This document shows, in pieces, positions 37,853 through 52,745 of a stretch of DNA of 64,000 nucleotides. Every line of letters begins with the position of its first letter. The first letter of the stretch is position 1. Source of the DNA: Calcarisporiella thermophila CBS 279.70 (taxonomy: Eukaryota > Fungi > Calcarisporiellomycota); the NCBI RefSeq assembly GCF_041956535.1, contig NW_027192198.1:226551-290550 (forward strand). Reading direction: 5' to 3'. A program made the position numbers and the translations under genes. The notes beneath the pieces are model-generated. The model searched no databases. It saw only the letters and a program-made list of their open reading frames with translations, and was not told the DNA's origin.

Positions 37853-38320
37853 GATCGGCTCAGATTAAAAGATATGAGTTTTAACGGTAATTACTAGGAG
37901 GGGCGAGGTGAAAACCCGTACGAACGCAACGATTATAAAGTGAATTATTTCTTATGATTAAGGAGCTCTTGGCAAAAATCTGAATAGATTAAAGGTTTAG
38001 AATAAGCAAGGGGTTATTATGAAAACTAAAAAAAGGCAAATAAATGGCTCTTCATAGGAAATCCTGGGTGGGAACATTTCCTGCTAAAGAAAACAGCTAA
38101 TACGAACTCCATCTGATTAACACCCTACCTCTCTTCGAGTTTGTGCGCAGAAATATGGCAGTCTGGACTTGTAATTGAGAATAAAAATTTGGATGCTTTG
38201 CGAAATGAAGAAAAAAAAAGGAAAAAAAGACCATTGCCAATGTGTTCGTCATCACTGCTATCTCGCAGATGCGCCACCCCATTTCTCCGCTACATTTTCC
38301 TCCGTCTCTTTAAAAATAAT

Positions 38321-39587
38321 ATGTATAGAATCCCGACTCCTCATCGCATCTTTTCTCGATCATGCACCCGATATTTCACAACAACAAAAAGCTGCTATCA
38401 TGATAATCCACTTGTAAGTTATCGCAAGATATTCGATAGTATCAATTGTGTTTGAATATTGCATTTTACACGATTTATTTGTGAAAGGGACTCCCACGTC
38501 AAAAACAACAGCCACCTACCCTTCCAAGACGCGGTGGAGTAACTCCAGAGAAAAGGCGATTACCAGGTGTAAAGCATATTATTGCAGTTGCTTCTGGAAA
38601 GGGAGGTGTAGGAAAATCAACTACAGCTGGTAAATCTTCAATATTACTGCGTGTTTTTACATTAATTTACTATAACACCACGAACCTATTGGTTATAAAG
38701 TAAATATAGCTCTAGCTGCTTCATCACTGAAAAAAAAAGTGGGCATTCTCGATGCCGATCTATTTGGACCTTCTATTCCAAAACTTATGAACCTTAAGGG
38801 AGAGCCGGAATTGAACGCGAATAGTCTGTATAATTGGCATTAAGCGAATTGGCCAATGTTCTAATTGTTCTCTATTCTGCATCAGATCAGCTAATACCAC
38901 TGATTAATTTTGGGGTAAGGTGCATGTCTATGGGTTTCCTGGTCGGTGAGGAATCGCCAGTTGTCTGGCGTGGACTTATGGTATATATATACAGTGCAAA
39001 ATCTAAAATGGCATACTTGACTAATTCTTCGCCCTTGTGTTAGGTTATGAAAGCGCTTCAACAGCTCCTTCACCAAGTTCAGTGGGGAGATCTCGATCTT
39101 TTGGTGATCGACATGCCTCCAGGAACGGGTGATACACAGCTTACTATTAGCCAACAAATCGCTCTAAGTGGGGCAGTGATTATTTCAACACCACAAGATA
39201 TTGCACTTATCGATGCGCGTAAAGGTACAAATATGTTCAAGAAGGTGGATGTGCCTGTAAGTGAATGCCGTTCTATAATGCCCAATTTCTCTTTGTTTCC
39301 TAAATGATATCCCAACTATATAGATCCTTGGTATCGTGCAGAATATGTCTCTCTACATATGTCCTAATTGTCAACACCAATCACATATATTCGGTCATAA
39401 CGGAGCGGCCGATTTTGCTAAGGAATCGGGCGTCGATTTTCTAGGAGACGTGCCTCTACATGCAGATATCTGCGAACTCTCTGATAAAGGCCAACCGATT
39501 GTAGCTTCTAGACCAGAGAGCATCCACTCAAAAGCCTATCGTGATATTGCAGAAAAAATTATCCAAAAGCTATTTGTAAACAATTAA
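38321..39587 (+). CDS. IND1: Mitochondrial Fe-S cluster carrier Ind1/NUBPL (Mrp/Nbp35 family); multi-exon
   Basis: Presequence, [55 protein letters not shown] and a CxxC (CPNC). Confidence 0.93.
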
Positions 39588-40061
39588 AGTGCCAGCCATT
39601 TAGAATAGATCATAAATTTGAATCTGATAGATTTTGGTTCTAGACTATTGAATTATTGATATCCCTTTTGCTTTATTGATGAGATTTCTGCCGGTTAAGA
39701 GCCTTGCTTTTTCTTCTTATTTTCAAAGATGATCTTAGATTTCCAACTGCCTTCACATTTCAAATAGTTTTGGCTTCATCGATAGGTTGTGGCGACTTGA
39801 GCTTTATTAATATGGGAAAGTGTCGTGTTTTAAATTTAAGAAAACCAATTGAGGCTAGCTTGCCCAAAAATTGATTTCTGAAAATTTCAATGATCTGATA
39901 GCCAACTCTAAATACGTTAGAACTGTCAACTCTCAATTTCCTTTAAGTAGCATCATTCCATTACATAACGTGTTTACTATCACTCATGCTTCTGAGAGAT
40001 TTAATTTGAATATCGAACCTAACATTTGGAATATATATTGTTATAATTCACTACCACAGAT

Positions 40062-41113
40062 ATGCAAACTACTAACGATCGGTCAATGGCATTTGCATTG
40101 CTGGGATTAAAAGATTTACGTGGGACGAAAAGGACATATCAGGTCGAAGAGGAGGATGCAGAAAGGCAGAGGTTGCCTGAGAGCAACGGTCCATTATGCA
40201 AAAAAAGATGTGAAGATAAAGTGGAGCAAATGGAAAATGATGTGCGTAATTTTCTCTCGCGTGTAGGGATACTAGAGTACATTGACAAGTTTTTAGAGGA
40301 AGGGTTTGATCAGCTTAAAGCAGTAAGTGATTGTGTCCGCATTGCCAAATATTCACCGGATGCACTATTTCTCATGTCTTTTTGCAATCCAGTTGTTTGA
40401 TGTGACAGAAGAAGATTTAATTGCTATTGGAGTAAAGAGAGGTCATCGAAGAGTATGTTCTCTTTGCCAAACATCCCACTGCTCATGGGCTAACTTCACA
40501 AACTATTATTTAGCTTCTCCAACTTGAAATTGCCATCTCCAAGGGACAGCCGCCACCCTCCCTTAAATATTTCTACTACTTATTGCGCCAGAACAAACTC
40601 CATCCAATGTGGACCTCCCATCAGACTTTGCAACCTTCTTCCATCCCACGTACAACTTGCCAACCCTCGTCAAGCTTATCTTCAAATTCCCCTACCACCC
40701 TAGGAAGCAGGGCTTCGTTGCAATTCTTTGAAATCATTGACAACCAAAATCCATTAGGATCTGAAGGGATAAGGAAGCAAAAACACAGAGCAAAATGGTC
40801 GAATTCATTTCCTACGCATTGGAAATACTCTTCCACGCAAAATAGCATTGCTGAGGAAGCGCCTGAAACTGCAAATGAAGAAATAGGGAGCCCACGAAAA
40901 ACCTCAAAGGATTCGAGGAGCGCGTCTTCAGGGAATGGAAGTGGGTATATATCTGATAGCAGCGGAAACAACGGTACTGGAGATAACTCTGCAGGATCGG
41001 ATGAGTTTATCCCAAAACCGGCCATAGCGATTGGGGCAACCTCAGTAAACATCAAGAGCACTATAGTATCTTCAGATTCTGGCTATAGCACATATCTGCA
41101 GAACTCTAAATAG
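40062..41113 (+). CDS. SAM-domain protein with a disordered Ser-rich tail; 3 exons
   Basis: FLSRVGILEYIDKFLEEGFD|LFDVTEEDLIAIGVKRGHRR|LLQLEI is a SAM domain. Confidence 0.8.
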
Positions 41114-41290
41114 ACAAATAATACAGTTTTTTATTTATCTATTCTATAATTCATGTTTTTTTTTAACTCTTCAGTGTGAAAAATTGCCGCATTTATGCTC
41201 TTTCGTATTTTCTTACACTATTTATTTTCGTCTCAATCTCTGGCATTTCCAACCATTTCAGATTCGTTATAGGGGATGAAATATGAAAGT

Positions 41291-44102
41291 CTATATTGTG
41301 TTTTCCTGGATATTTGTAATTAAAAAGGCCAGCTCAAACGCTAAATCTTTCAAGCGTTGCTCCTGTCCTCCCCCTTCTCCTACAAAATGTCCCCTACCCT
41401 CCACCTTCGCCAATACTAGTCTCTCAGGGTTTTTTCCATCTTTCGGAGTTTCCGATTGCTGTCTGGCTCGCATTCTGGCAACCAATTTTAAGGGCTGCCA
41501 GCAAGCAACCCTCTGATCCTTCATTCCTCCAGTTACAAGCACTGAAGTCTCTTGCCTTCCGGTAGGCACATTTTCGTACGGCGAATACCGCGAGATTACA
41601 TCGTAGGCTTTCTCATCAACAGCTGGGTTACCCCATTCACTGTACTCAACTCTAGTCAAAGGCAGGTCTGGATTAAGCATTGCACTCAGGGGATCAACAA
41701 ATGGAACTCGGAGAACGACCGCTCTAAACATATTTGGTCGCAAATGAAGCATTCCACCGACTAATAGCCCCCCCGCACTCGCCCCAAGAGCAGCCATTTT
41801 TTGAGGTTTTGTCAGCCCTGCTTTAATGAGATGCTCTCCAACAGCGGACAAATCTTTGAAACTGTTTTCCTTGTTATCCAGTTTCCCAGCTTCGTACCAC
41901 CGTCTCCCAAGTTCGCCACCTCCACGAACATGTGCCAGAGCAATAACCCAGCGTCTCTCCAAAAGGGGAAAATGCTCAAGCCGAAACTTGGCATCAGTGG
42001 AGATACCATATGCACCATAAGACGTCAGTAGCACAGGATTAGCACCATTTAGCTTAATCCCCTTTTTGAATAGTAGCGTAATGGGGACTTTAGTACCGTC
42101 CTCAGAAGTAGCGTGTATCTGAGTGGAGTCGTATTCTGAACGGTCGAAGCCTAAAAATGGTAACTTCGGTTAGGAAAAAAGAAAGTATATTAAACTGGTC
42201 TATATAGATTCCCAGACATTACCATAGATTGGGTGTAATCGTACGGGTTTCAACTTGCGCTTCCCCATATCATATTCCCATGTTGATTCATGTGCAAATG
42301 GCGAGTCAATTGTGAATCGGAACACCTCTGTATCATATTCCTGTTTGCAAACATGAACCAGTTAACATGACCCTCAGAATAGCCAATAGATATTGGGATT
42401 GAGCAGCGCATACCAAATTGGTTCCCGCTCCAACCACACAATGTTTTTCTGGTAATGGCACCTCATGGGTATTCATGCTTCTTAAATCGCAGCATTTGAT
42501 TACAGGCAATCCATCTCTCCTCCCATATATCACGAGAAAATCCTTAAATATATCCACGTCTTCAATTTTCTCATTCTCGCCAACTGAAAATAGGTCCGTC
42601 CAACCTACACGCGAGGGCTGTTCGTCTGGTGCTTGAACGAGTTTGAACTCGCCAGTGGACGAAGTATTGGTGAGAATGTAAAATTGATTCTAAGTAAACA
42701 GCATGTTAAGATCATAATAAAGGCTTGCGAAAACAAAAATACCTTACTTCGTGATGATCAACATAGTACTCAACTCCTTCTTGGCGCGGTTCAATCACTT
42801 GTGGTTGTGGAGCTCCATTCGCAAAATCGTGGTGCGCGTTTAGAACTCTTACTTCAGATGATGAAAGAGTATTTAAATCTATAGTTATATATTTCTAAGG
42901 GAATAAAAATTTTGATAAGCGATGTTCGGATTCAACCCGGCCTACTAAATAATGTGAGCTACCTTGTCTTTTGTACTCCCTATATCTACAAATACACTCT
43001 GATCCTTTTCCTCGTATATAAGCATGTCCTCAGACTGTGGGGTCCCAATTCGATGCGCATACACCTTACATGGTCGAAGCTGTTCGTCAGGGACCGTGTA
43101 ATACATATATTTATTGTCGCCAGACCACACAAAATTGAACACGTCGTGAAGTATATCATCCTAATATATTAAAACAATAAAATTCGGGCTATCATCCGGT
43201 AATTTTCTATGTTAAGGGGCTCACCTTAAAGTTGGAACCATCGTCCAGAGCACGAAACATTACTGTGCCCACCTCTGCCCCTTCATATTCAACTGCGTAA
43301 GCAAATACGCGTTGATCATGAGATATCAGCACCTTTCTAATCGATGCAGTGGGGGGTAGATGATTTGAATCGAGGAGGATTTCCTCGTTTGACGTACCCA
43401 CGCGTCGGCGGCAGTACACAATTCCCCTATCGTTGGTGCGGGAATAATATTCATAGCCACTCACGTACGTGGTAATAGGAGGCATAATTTTTGGAGTACG
43501 AAGCTTTTTGCGCATTTCCTGTTTGAAGAGCAGAGATTAATAGCTATATGTATCAAGGTAATATTGCGCTTGCATACACGCTGAAGAATCCGTTGCAATA
43601 GGTTCGTCCTCTTCATAGCATCACTGGTATATAGGTTTTCCTCTTCAATATATTTTTCAAGCTCCTATAATACTAACATTAGTGTCATGTTAACTGATTA
43701 ACGACTTTGAGAAACGGAAACTCACTGTATTATCTTCCTCCATCCACTTATATTCGTCCGTTCGTTCCCTCCCAAAGTGAGTCTCCGTTACCGAAATCCG
43801 CTTTGCCACGGGTGGTAGTATGGTTCGTTTTCTAATGTGTATTTGATTAACGGAGCCTTTTTAATATAATACTAAGAGACATACGAGAATACATCGCGAA
43901 TGTTAGAAAGTATGGAGACATGGCGAGTGGATGGCTGGTAATTGGCTCGGAGTAATGATAATGCTGCAATAAATATATTAGGAGGAGTTAATGTCAAAGA
44001 TAACTTACAGTATAAGCAAATAGTGAGTTTACATTTCGCAAAACAAGGCCAATTATGATGGCACGTATACCTAAAGGTTAGCAGTAGTTTACGGGTTGCC
44101 AT
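41291..44102 (-). CDS. Oligopeptidase B / prolyl-oligopeptidase S9A family, probably mitochondrial; many exons
   Basis: YGAYG, HVRGGGELGRRWY, catalytic GASAGG, DQRV and GHF; beta-propeller exons upstream; N-terminal presequence-like MATRKLLLTFR. Confidence 0.9.
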
Positions 44103-44695
44103 TTTTGCAACCTAATGTCTTAGTATCGAGGTTACTATTCCTACCTGTTAATTTATATAAGCCACATGTAAACTCAAATCTATTAAATGGGCAAAATAAT
44201 GCACTTTAAATGTCCATATATTCGAATGCTTGAATTAATTTTGGTAGCCTATGTATATATGTTATTCAACATCTCTTAATAATAAATAACACAAAAAATG
44301 AAATATTTGTGTCTTAGTGCACTTCAGAGGAAGATATACAAATTTTGGAGTGATAGTAGAGCTTATGATTGTACCTTTTCAACTAACAACGGTCGAGAGG
44401 TGCGTCAATAGCACTATTTACAAGCATTTAAAATCAAATAGGCGCATGGGACTTGTATTATACTCATTTGAGCCATAGCTGAGTTTGCTAAATAGGGGTT
44501 ATGTCGTCTAAATTTATGCATATCGTTCGATGGATGAGCATATTGCGTTCACACTTGCATTGTACTCTTGCACTCTTGCACTCTTTCATGAAGAGCCACC
44601 ATTAATAATGTTTACATTTTCGGCAAAAAAGATGATATCTATTAAAACATTCTTTATATTTAACAGTTTTTCAAGTCTATTGAGGAGAATGGAGG

Positions 44696-45691
44696 CTATT
44701 GGGCTTGTGGTGTAGTTGCGGAGACTCTCAAGTTTTCAATAATTGCAGGATCAGCTAGGTAACCCCTGTGTTGAGGATCCGAGTACCACTCTAAACAAAA
44801 AAAAAGCTAGATTAGTAAAATATTCAGTTTCTTTTCAATATGAACTTTACCAATATCCTTCTTCCGAACCGGATTTGCAAACTTGGGAAGCCGGACGAAC
44901 TTTTCGGGATGAAGCAGTACTCTCATTCCCAGTGCATTATAATAGCGACACGTGATCTTCCCTCCAGCACGTTCAACGGCTTCAATGGCCTTCTGAGATG
45001 CCCGTGATACCTCAATGGTTATAGGAGTATGGAAGTGCTCTGCACCCTGTAGAATGATTGAAAGATATTATATCATTCATATTGGCCCCAAGAGATGTCG
45101 TGTAAACAAAAATTCTTACATCAGCCAAAAGCTTAATTCCGTCTTTGACTCGATGCACGCACCGATTGTCCAAGAGGTCCTTCATTGTAATAGGCTTCGT
45201 AGGATCCAATCGCCCAGTGTCAATCCAGTGTTGGATTCGATCCAAATTTACGGGCTGGTATTCACGATGATTTCTATTGGAAAAAGTTTAAAATTATCAT
45301 GTTTAGCGTTATGCCTAATCTCCTTCTTTTCTCTACATTGCCTGGTAACGAATATAAAAATTAAAGGGGCTACTTACACATTATAGAATCCACGTTTTGG
45401 AAACCGATTTGTGAGGGGGGTTTGACCTCCTTCAAAACCCTGGCTTGGCCTCCAGCTCCCACCTCGTGCCTTTTGACCCTTATGACCACGGCCTGCTGTC
45501 TTCCCCTTTCCAGAACCAGGGCCACGGCCAACGCGTGTTCGTTGGGATACAGCACCGGGATTATCTGCAAGCGATGCTAAAGAAATCTTTGTTTTTGGTG
45601 GCTGTATAAGGCTAGCAAGGTGTCTGGACGGTGTGTAGCGCAGTGTGTGTGAGCGCACTGCAAAAGTGCGCACCCATTGTGTGGCGAACAT
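44696..45691 (-). CDS. MRPL10: Mitochondrial ribosomal protein uL15m (yeast MrpL10); multi-exon
   Basis: [56 protein letters not shown]; last exon [11 protein letters not shown]. Confidence 0.94.
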
Positions 45692-45930
45692 GGTACTGAA
45701 TCTCGAAGAGATGATCAGTCGATACTAATTGCAACAATTTTGTTTACTCCTTTCTTCTTCCTTTCTCCGTGGTGTGGCTTGAAGAAAAATCGACCCTTGG
45801 AAATTTTTGGTCCAATCATACGTTTCCACCCGTGAACTCTTACTTTTCGCGTCGGCTCTGAGTGTCTTGCCCACATTCTCTTCTAAAGCAATTCCCTCCA
45901 TTTTCCTCCGAATAATCAGTAGCCCAATAG

Positions 45931-48673
<2,743 letters not shown>

Positions 48674-49209
48674 ACACAATCAAAGCAATATATTGCGAGG
48701 TATCGCGTCATGATTTTAGTCCATTCTTATTTTTAGTGTTTACTTTTATTTTCTCTCTGTTTCTTCATTGCCTTATCTCTTCTCTGGCTTTTCCTTTCTT
48801 CCTTTCCTTTCCTTTTTTCCACTCTTTTTTTCTCACTTCTTTTTTCCTTCTCCTTTTTCCTTTTTTCATCCCATTCTATTGTTACTATTGGTTTTAGTTT
48901 GTGAGTCTGTGTGCCTATTCTTTTTTGGAAAATCGAGTGCCAGGAAGACAGGTTGAATGGTTTCTCTTAGCTTTCTCTCCACGTATGCGTTTTCTCTTTG
49001 GATCAATAAACTCTGTTTGCGTTTGAACCTCGCCTGTGTTCCAAGCTGCTTCCATAGGTAGCACAAGTAATTTTGGCTCCTAAAACTCCTCTCGTGTGAA
49101 GTATTTAAGGTTGATCCTTTTTCTCGCGCGGCGCTTGCTCACGCCATACCCGTGGTGGACTCTTCTCCCTCTCTAACACCAGAACTTACCCACAGACACG
49201 AACCCAAGT

Positions 49210-49753
49210 ATGCGTGCGGCTCTCTTCACTCTCTTCGCTTCCGTCGGCTCTGCCCTCGCCGCCCCCTATATCACGCAGCCGATTACTGGTAGGCGCCCCT
49301 TGACCTGTTGGATTGGCATGACTAATGATCATTGATTTTGCTTTCTCCCTCCCTCCCCCCATGCCAGGCACCGTGTGGGAGACCAATGGCACCTATGATA
49401 TCCTATGGCTCAACGGCACCAGCGGCCCCGCGACTATCAAGCTCATGTATGGCGATCCCCGGAATCTGCAGCACCTGCTCACGCTCTCCAACACCACCAA
49501 CGGTGCAGATGGGACCTTCAAATGGACTATTCCCACCAATCTCACCACCAGCTCCAATTACTCCATCACGATCGGTAATCCTCCCGATGTGTCATACTCT
49601 CCATTCTTCACAATCGTAAACAACAGTACCGACGACTCCTCAGAAAGTCACGAGCACCACGATGAAGAAGAAGAATCGCCGCGTACCACCACCGTGTATA
49701 TTACTACGACGAAGATCGGGAAACGGGAGGCCACCCCAGCTGCTTCCCCTTAA
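49210..49753 (+). CDS. Secreted Ser/Thr-rich protein with a Kre9/Knh1-N-like (PF10342-type) Ig-like domain; 2 exons
   Basis: Signal peptide MRAALFTLFASVGSALA, ITQP|GTVW...ILW, GTFKWTIP, YSPFFTI; several N-x-S/T sites. Confidence 0.8.
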
Positions 49754-50468
49754 TGGGTGTCGAGACGAGCGAAATACCCTACATGGCTAGTGCCCTGCTT
49801 TTTCTTTGTCATATTTGTAATAGCACCAGTTTGTATTGTTTCCACAACGTTGTGAGTCCCTCAATAAATCGAATTAGTTAATCCTCTTTTTTCAGCTCTT
49901 CCACGTTTTGGGATGATATACTCGAACACAGTGTAATACAACTTAATCCCATGATAGAGTTTGGGGGCTTATTTTCATTATATTCTATTTTTGGGACTCT
50001 ACTCTAATATCGGATACGAACCCTGCATCAGCGCAACACAATAAGACCTCATAATGTTGAGATATAGGAGCAGCTATTTTTGATCCCCATGTTTCTACTC
50101 ACCAAAGCGTAATCGCTTGACTCTGCTGCTCTCAAAATATCGAGTCCGTGTTTATAAGAAATGCTCGCTTAGCTAGATGTCCACCTGAACTTCCTATTTC
50201 ATATCCTCAACTCGAAAATGCCATAGTTACCTGTGCTTTCATTCTCTTTCTCCTCCACTGTATCCTTCTCTATCCCTAGATGGACCTCAATAATTCTATA
50301 GGTTTGTGGCCCAAGCTCTAGACTGATTCTTTAATGCTGGTGCTGTATAATCTTTACACCTAGATGGGTATAAAATACATCCATGATAGAAATTTTGGTA
50401 GGCGCTTACTTGTGAGCGCCTCTTTGATGAACTATATCAACTACAGCTAGTTACTGACATAGTTTTGT

Positions 50469-50584
50469 AAAACTCAGTTTTGATCTGTTTGTAGAATCTC
50501 ACATTTTGTGTATGATTCATATAATTAGCGGGAAATTTGAATTTTATTTAATTCAAAGGAACCACTCGATCATCTCAAGGTTTT
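50469..50584 (-). ncRNA. Second candidate intronic box C/D snoRNA
   Basis: AAAAC...GAGATGA (variant box C)...CTGA-GTTTT with a terminal AAAAC/GTTTT stem, directly downstream of a GTAACA donor-like site. No convincing guide identified. Confidence 0.3.
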
Positions 50585-50663
50585 CGTAGCGTGTTACCTG
50601 TATAGAATAGATCTGAGTTAGCACTTATTCTAATCAAATTAAAATAGCTTGAAGATAAAAGGT

Positions 50664-50760
50664 GATTTTCTCAGGAGAATTATGATTTCATCACTTAACC
50701 GAAATGCATGTTGTGCATCACGGACAGGTAATACATGCTTTTAGACATCATAGAAGAATC
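50664..50760 (-). ncRNA. Box C/D snoRNA, U45/SNORD45-like; predicted to guide 2'-O-methylation of the SSU rRNA U in UAAUACAUGC
   Basis: Minus strand reads GATTCTTCT-ATGATG(box C)-TCTAAA-AGCATGTATTA-C-CTGT(D')...GTGATGA(C')...CTGA(D)-GAAAATC, with a terminal stem. The 11-nt guide is antisense to conserved 18S UAAUACAUGCU. It sits inside an intron (GTAAGT at 50794; GCTAAC branch; TACAG acceptor at 50598). Confidence 0.78.
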
Positions 50761-50843
50761 ATGATATATTTTTCAGAAAGAGATGGAAACTTACCTTCAA
50801 AATGGATAAAGAACGAAGAACCTGGCCGAAGAACTTACCGAGG

Positions 50844-50876
50844 TTTATATAAGCGCGTCAACAAAAGCACACGTCA
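50844..50876 (-). promoter_or_regulatory. TATA box (TATATAAA) and upstream TGACGT element of the snoRNA host transcript
   Basis: TATATAAA at 50851-50844 lies about 50 nt upstream of the first splice donor; TGACGT at 50876-50871. Confidence 0.5.
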
Positions 50877-51382
50877 CGAGTAAAGCACAAACAAATAACC
50901 TAGTACGGTTGAAATTTTAAAAGGCAAATAGATCCTGAGCTCAACAGGAGAAATGTGATCCAGGAATAAACATATAATAATATACAATATTTCATTGTTA
51001 TACATTAAAATCCAACCAAAGTAATCGGCTGGGAGGATGCTTGGCTGTTCGCTTCCCCTATACGTACTATAATTTTTGCTGTCAAAATATATATCTGGAA
51101 ACGATAAATATTCAAGATGTCTTAAATCAGTCCTCATGGAGTCAAAGAAGGATTTTGCAGTAATGTATTAGAGTGGTTCAGTAAGTACTTTCCAACAACC
51201 AACCCTGTATAGTTTGAATGCTTGGGCAAATGATGGCAGAAATTATAAGCAAACTGCGATGAAAAAATAAAATAAAGAACCAATAGGTGAGAAGAGATGA
51301 ACTGTTTAGAGAAGATACAATGAATTTATTATTGAGAAATACTAGGAGTGCGCATTATGCATTATGTTAAATAAAAAGAAGA

Positions 51383-51974
51383 TTAAATTGTCTTATCACT
51401 TAGGATATCATCGAGAGATTCCAATTTTTGCTGCATTCGTGGATCCCGAATTACTCTGGAGGAGATGTTATATAGTCAAAAAGAATGAGACATAAAAATA
51501 ATTTGAAAAAAAAATACCTATTATCCACGCGCACATCCTCTGTTTCAATGGCTAATGCGGGCTCTTTCGTCTTGGCTTCAATCACATAATGATTATCGCA
51601 ATGGGGGCAGTACTCATCCTCTTCCTCGTAGTCGCTTAAGTTACAAAGTGGACATTGAATAATGAGCATTGGATCCGATTCTCCAAGAGTGAGCATTTTA
51701 AATCACCTCATATCTTTACGAAAAGCTTTCTTGCATTTCTTGCAAGCGAAAACCATCTCTGTAGTTTTTCGAAGTGGGTGATCGGAGGTCTCTGCATGGC
51801 ATTCAGCACAGTCAAACCATCTTTTACAGCAAGGCGCGCGGATCGATACCTGCCAAGCGAAAATGGGCCATCGAGAATAGAGACGGGTAAGAAACCAATT
51901 GCCACTATCTAGGGAGCTTGGATTGGGAATCAATGGGAATACACTACCTGTGCATTGAGAATATGTTTGCACAT
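51383..51974 (-). CDS. CHY-type zinc-finger protein; about 4 exons
   Basis: MCKHILNAQ|VSIRAPCCKRWFDCAECH...FACKKCKKAFRKD|...YCPHCDNHYVIEAK. Confidence 0.9.
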
Positions 51975-52468
51975 CTTGTTAGATTTTAACGTCCACACAC
52001 GATCTCATCAGTTGAGCGAAATAACGAATAAAGATCGATTCTCTAAGCCACTCATCATATCCGATTTTTGGCCCCATCGGACTAGTCCCCCCTTTTCCTT
52101 CCTCCTCTCTTTCACATCTCTTCGAAGACAGAGTCTAAGAGCCAACACAAGAAGGTAGGTTAACCATGCATCCATCTTTCTTTGTTACTTTTCTGGATGG
52201 ATACCACTTTTTTGCGTTGCTATGTCGTTCAAGAGATATAACTATGATAATGGGGGAAAAAGAATTTCTCGTTTGAGCATTGAGCAGATGAGAAATTCAG
52301 TTCTGTAACTTTGGAGACTGTACCTTCTATTCCTCTTTTATGAAGATCCAATGGAGGTGCAAGTGGATTCGGATTTCGGGGCTCTTTTTTTTTGCTTTCC
52401 ATTATTTCCCTTTCTTAGATCGCCATTGGACATCTCTCTCTAATCTCTCTTTCGTGTTCCTTTTAGCA

Positions 52469-52745
52469 ATGGCCAAGTCCAAGAATCACACCAACCACAA
52501 CCAGAGTAATTATTAGTTTTTTTTTTGGACAACATCTGAATTCTTGAAGATGGTGATTAATTTTTCTCGTTTTTTGGCTCTACATTTTAGACCGTAAGGC
52601 TCACCGCAATGGTATCAAGAAGCCCCGCACAAACCGCCACCCCAGCTTGAAGGGTGTTGACCCCAAGTTCCTTCGCAACCAGCGCTTCGCCAAAAAAGGT
52701 TCGTTGGAGGCTGTCCGTGCTCAGCGCGCCGCTGCCACTGCTTAA
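52469..52745 (+). CDS. RPL29: 60S ribosomal protein eL29; one coding intron plus a 5'-UTR intron (52155-52466)
   Basis: [12 protein letters not shown]|.[11 protein letters not shown]...[19 protein letters not shown]. Confidence 0.97.
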
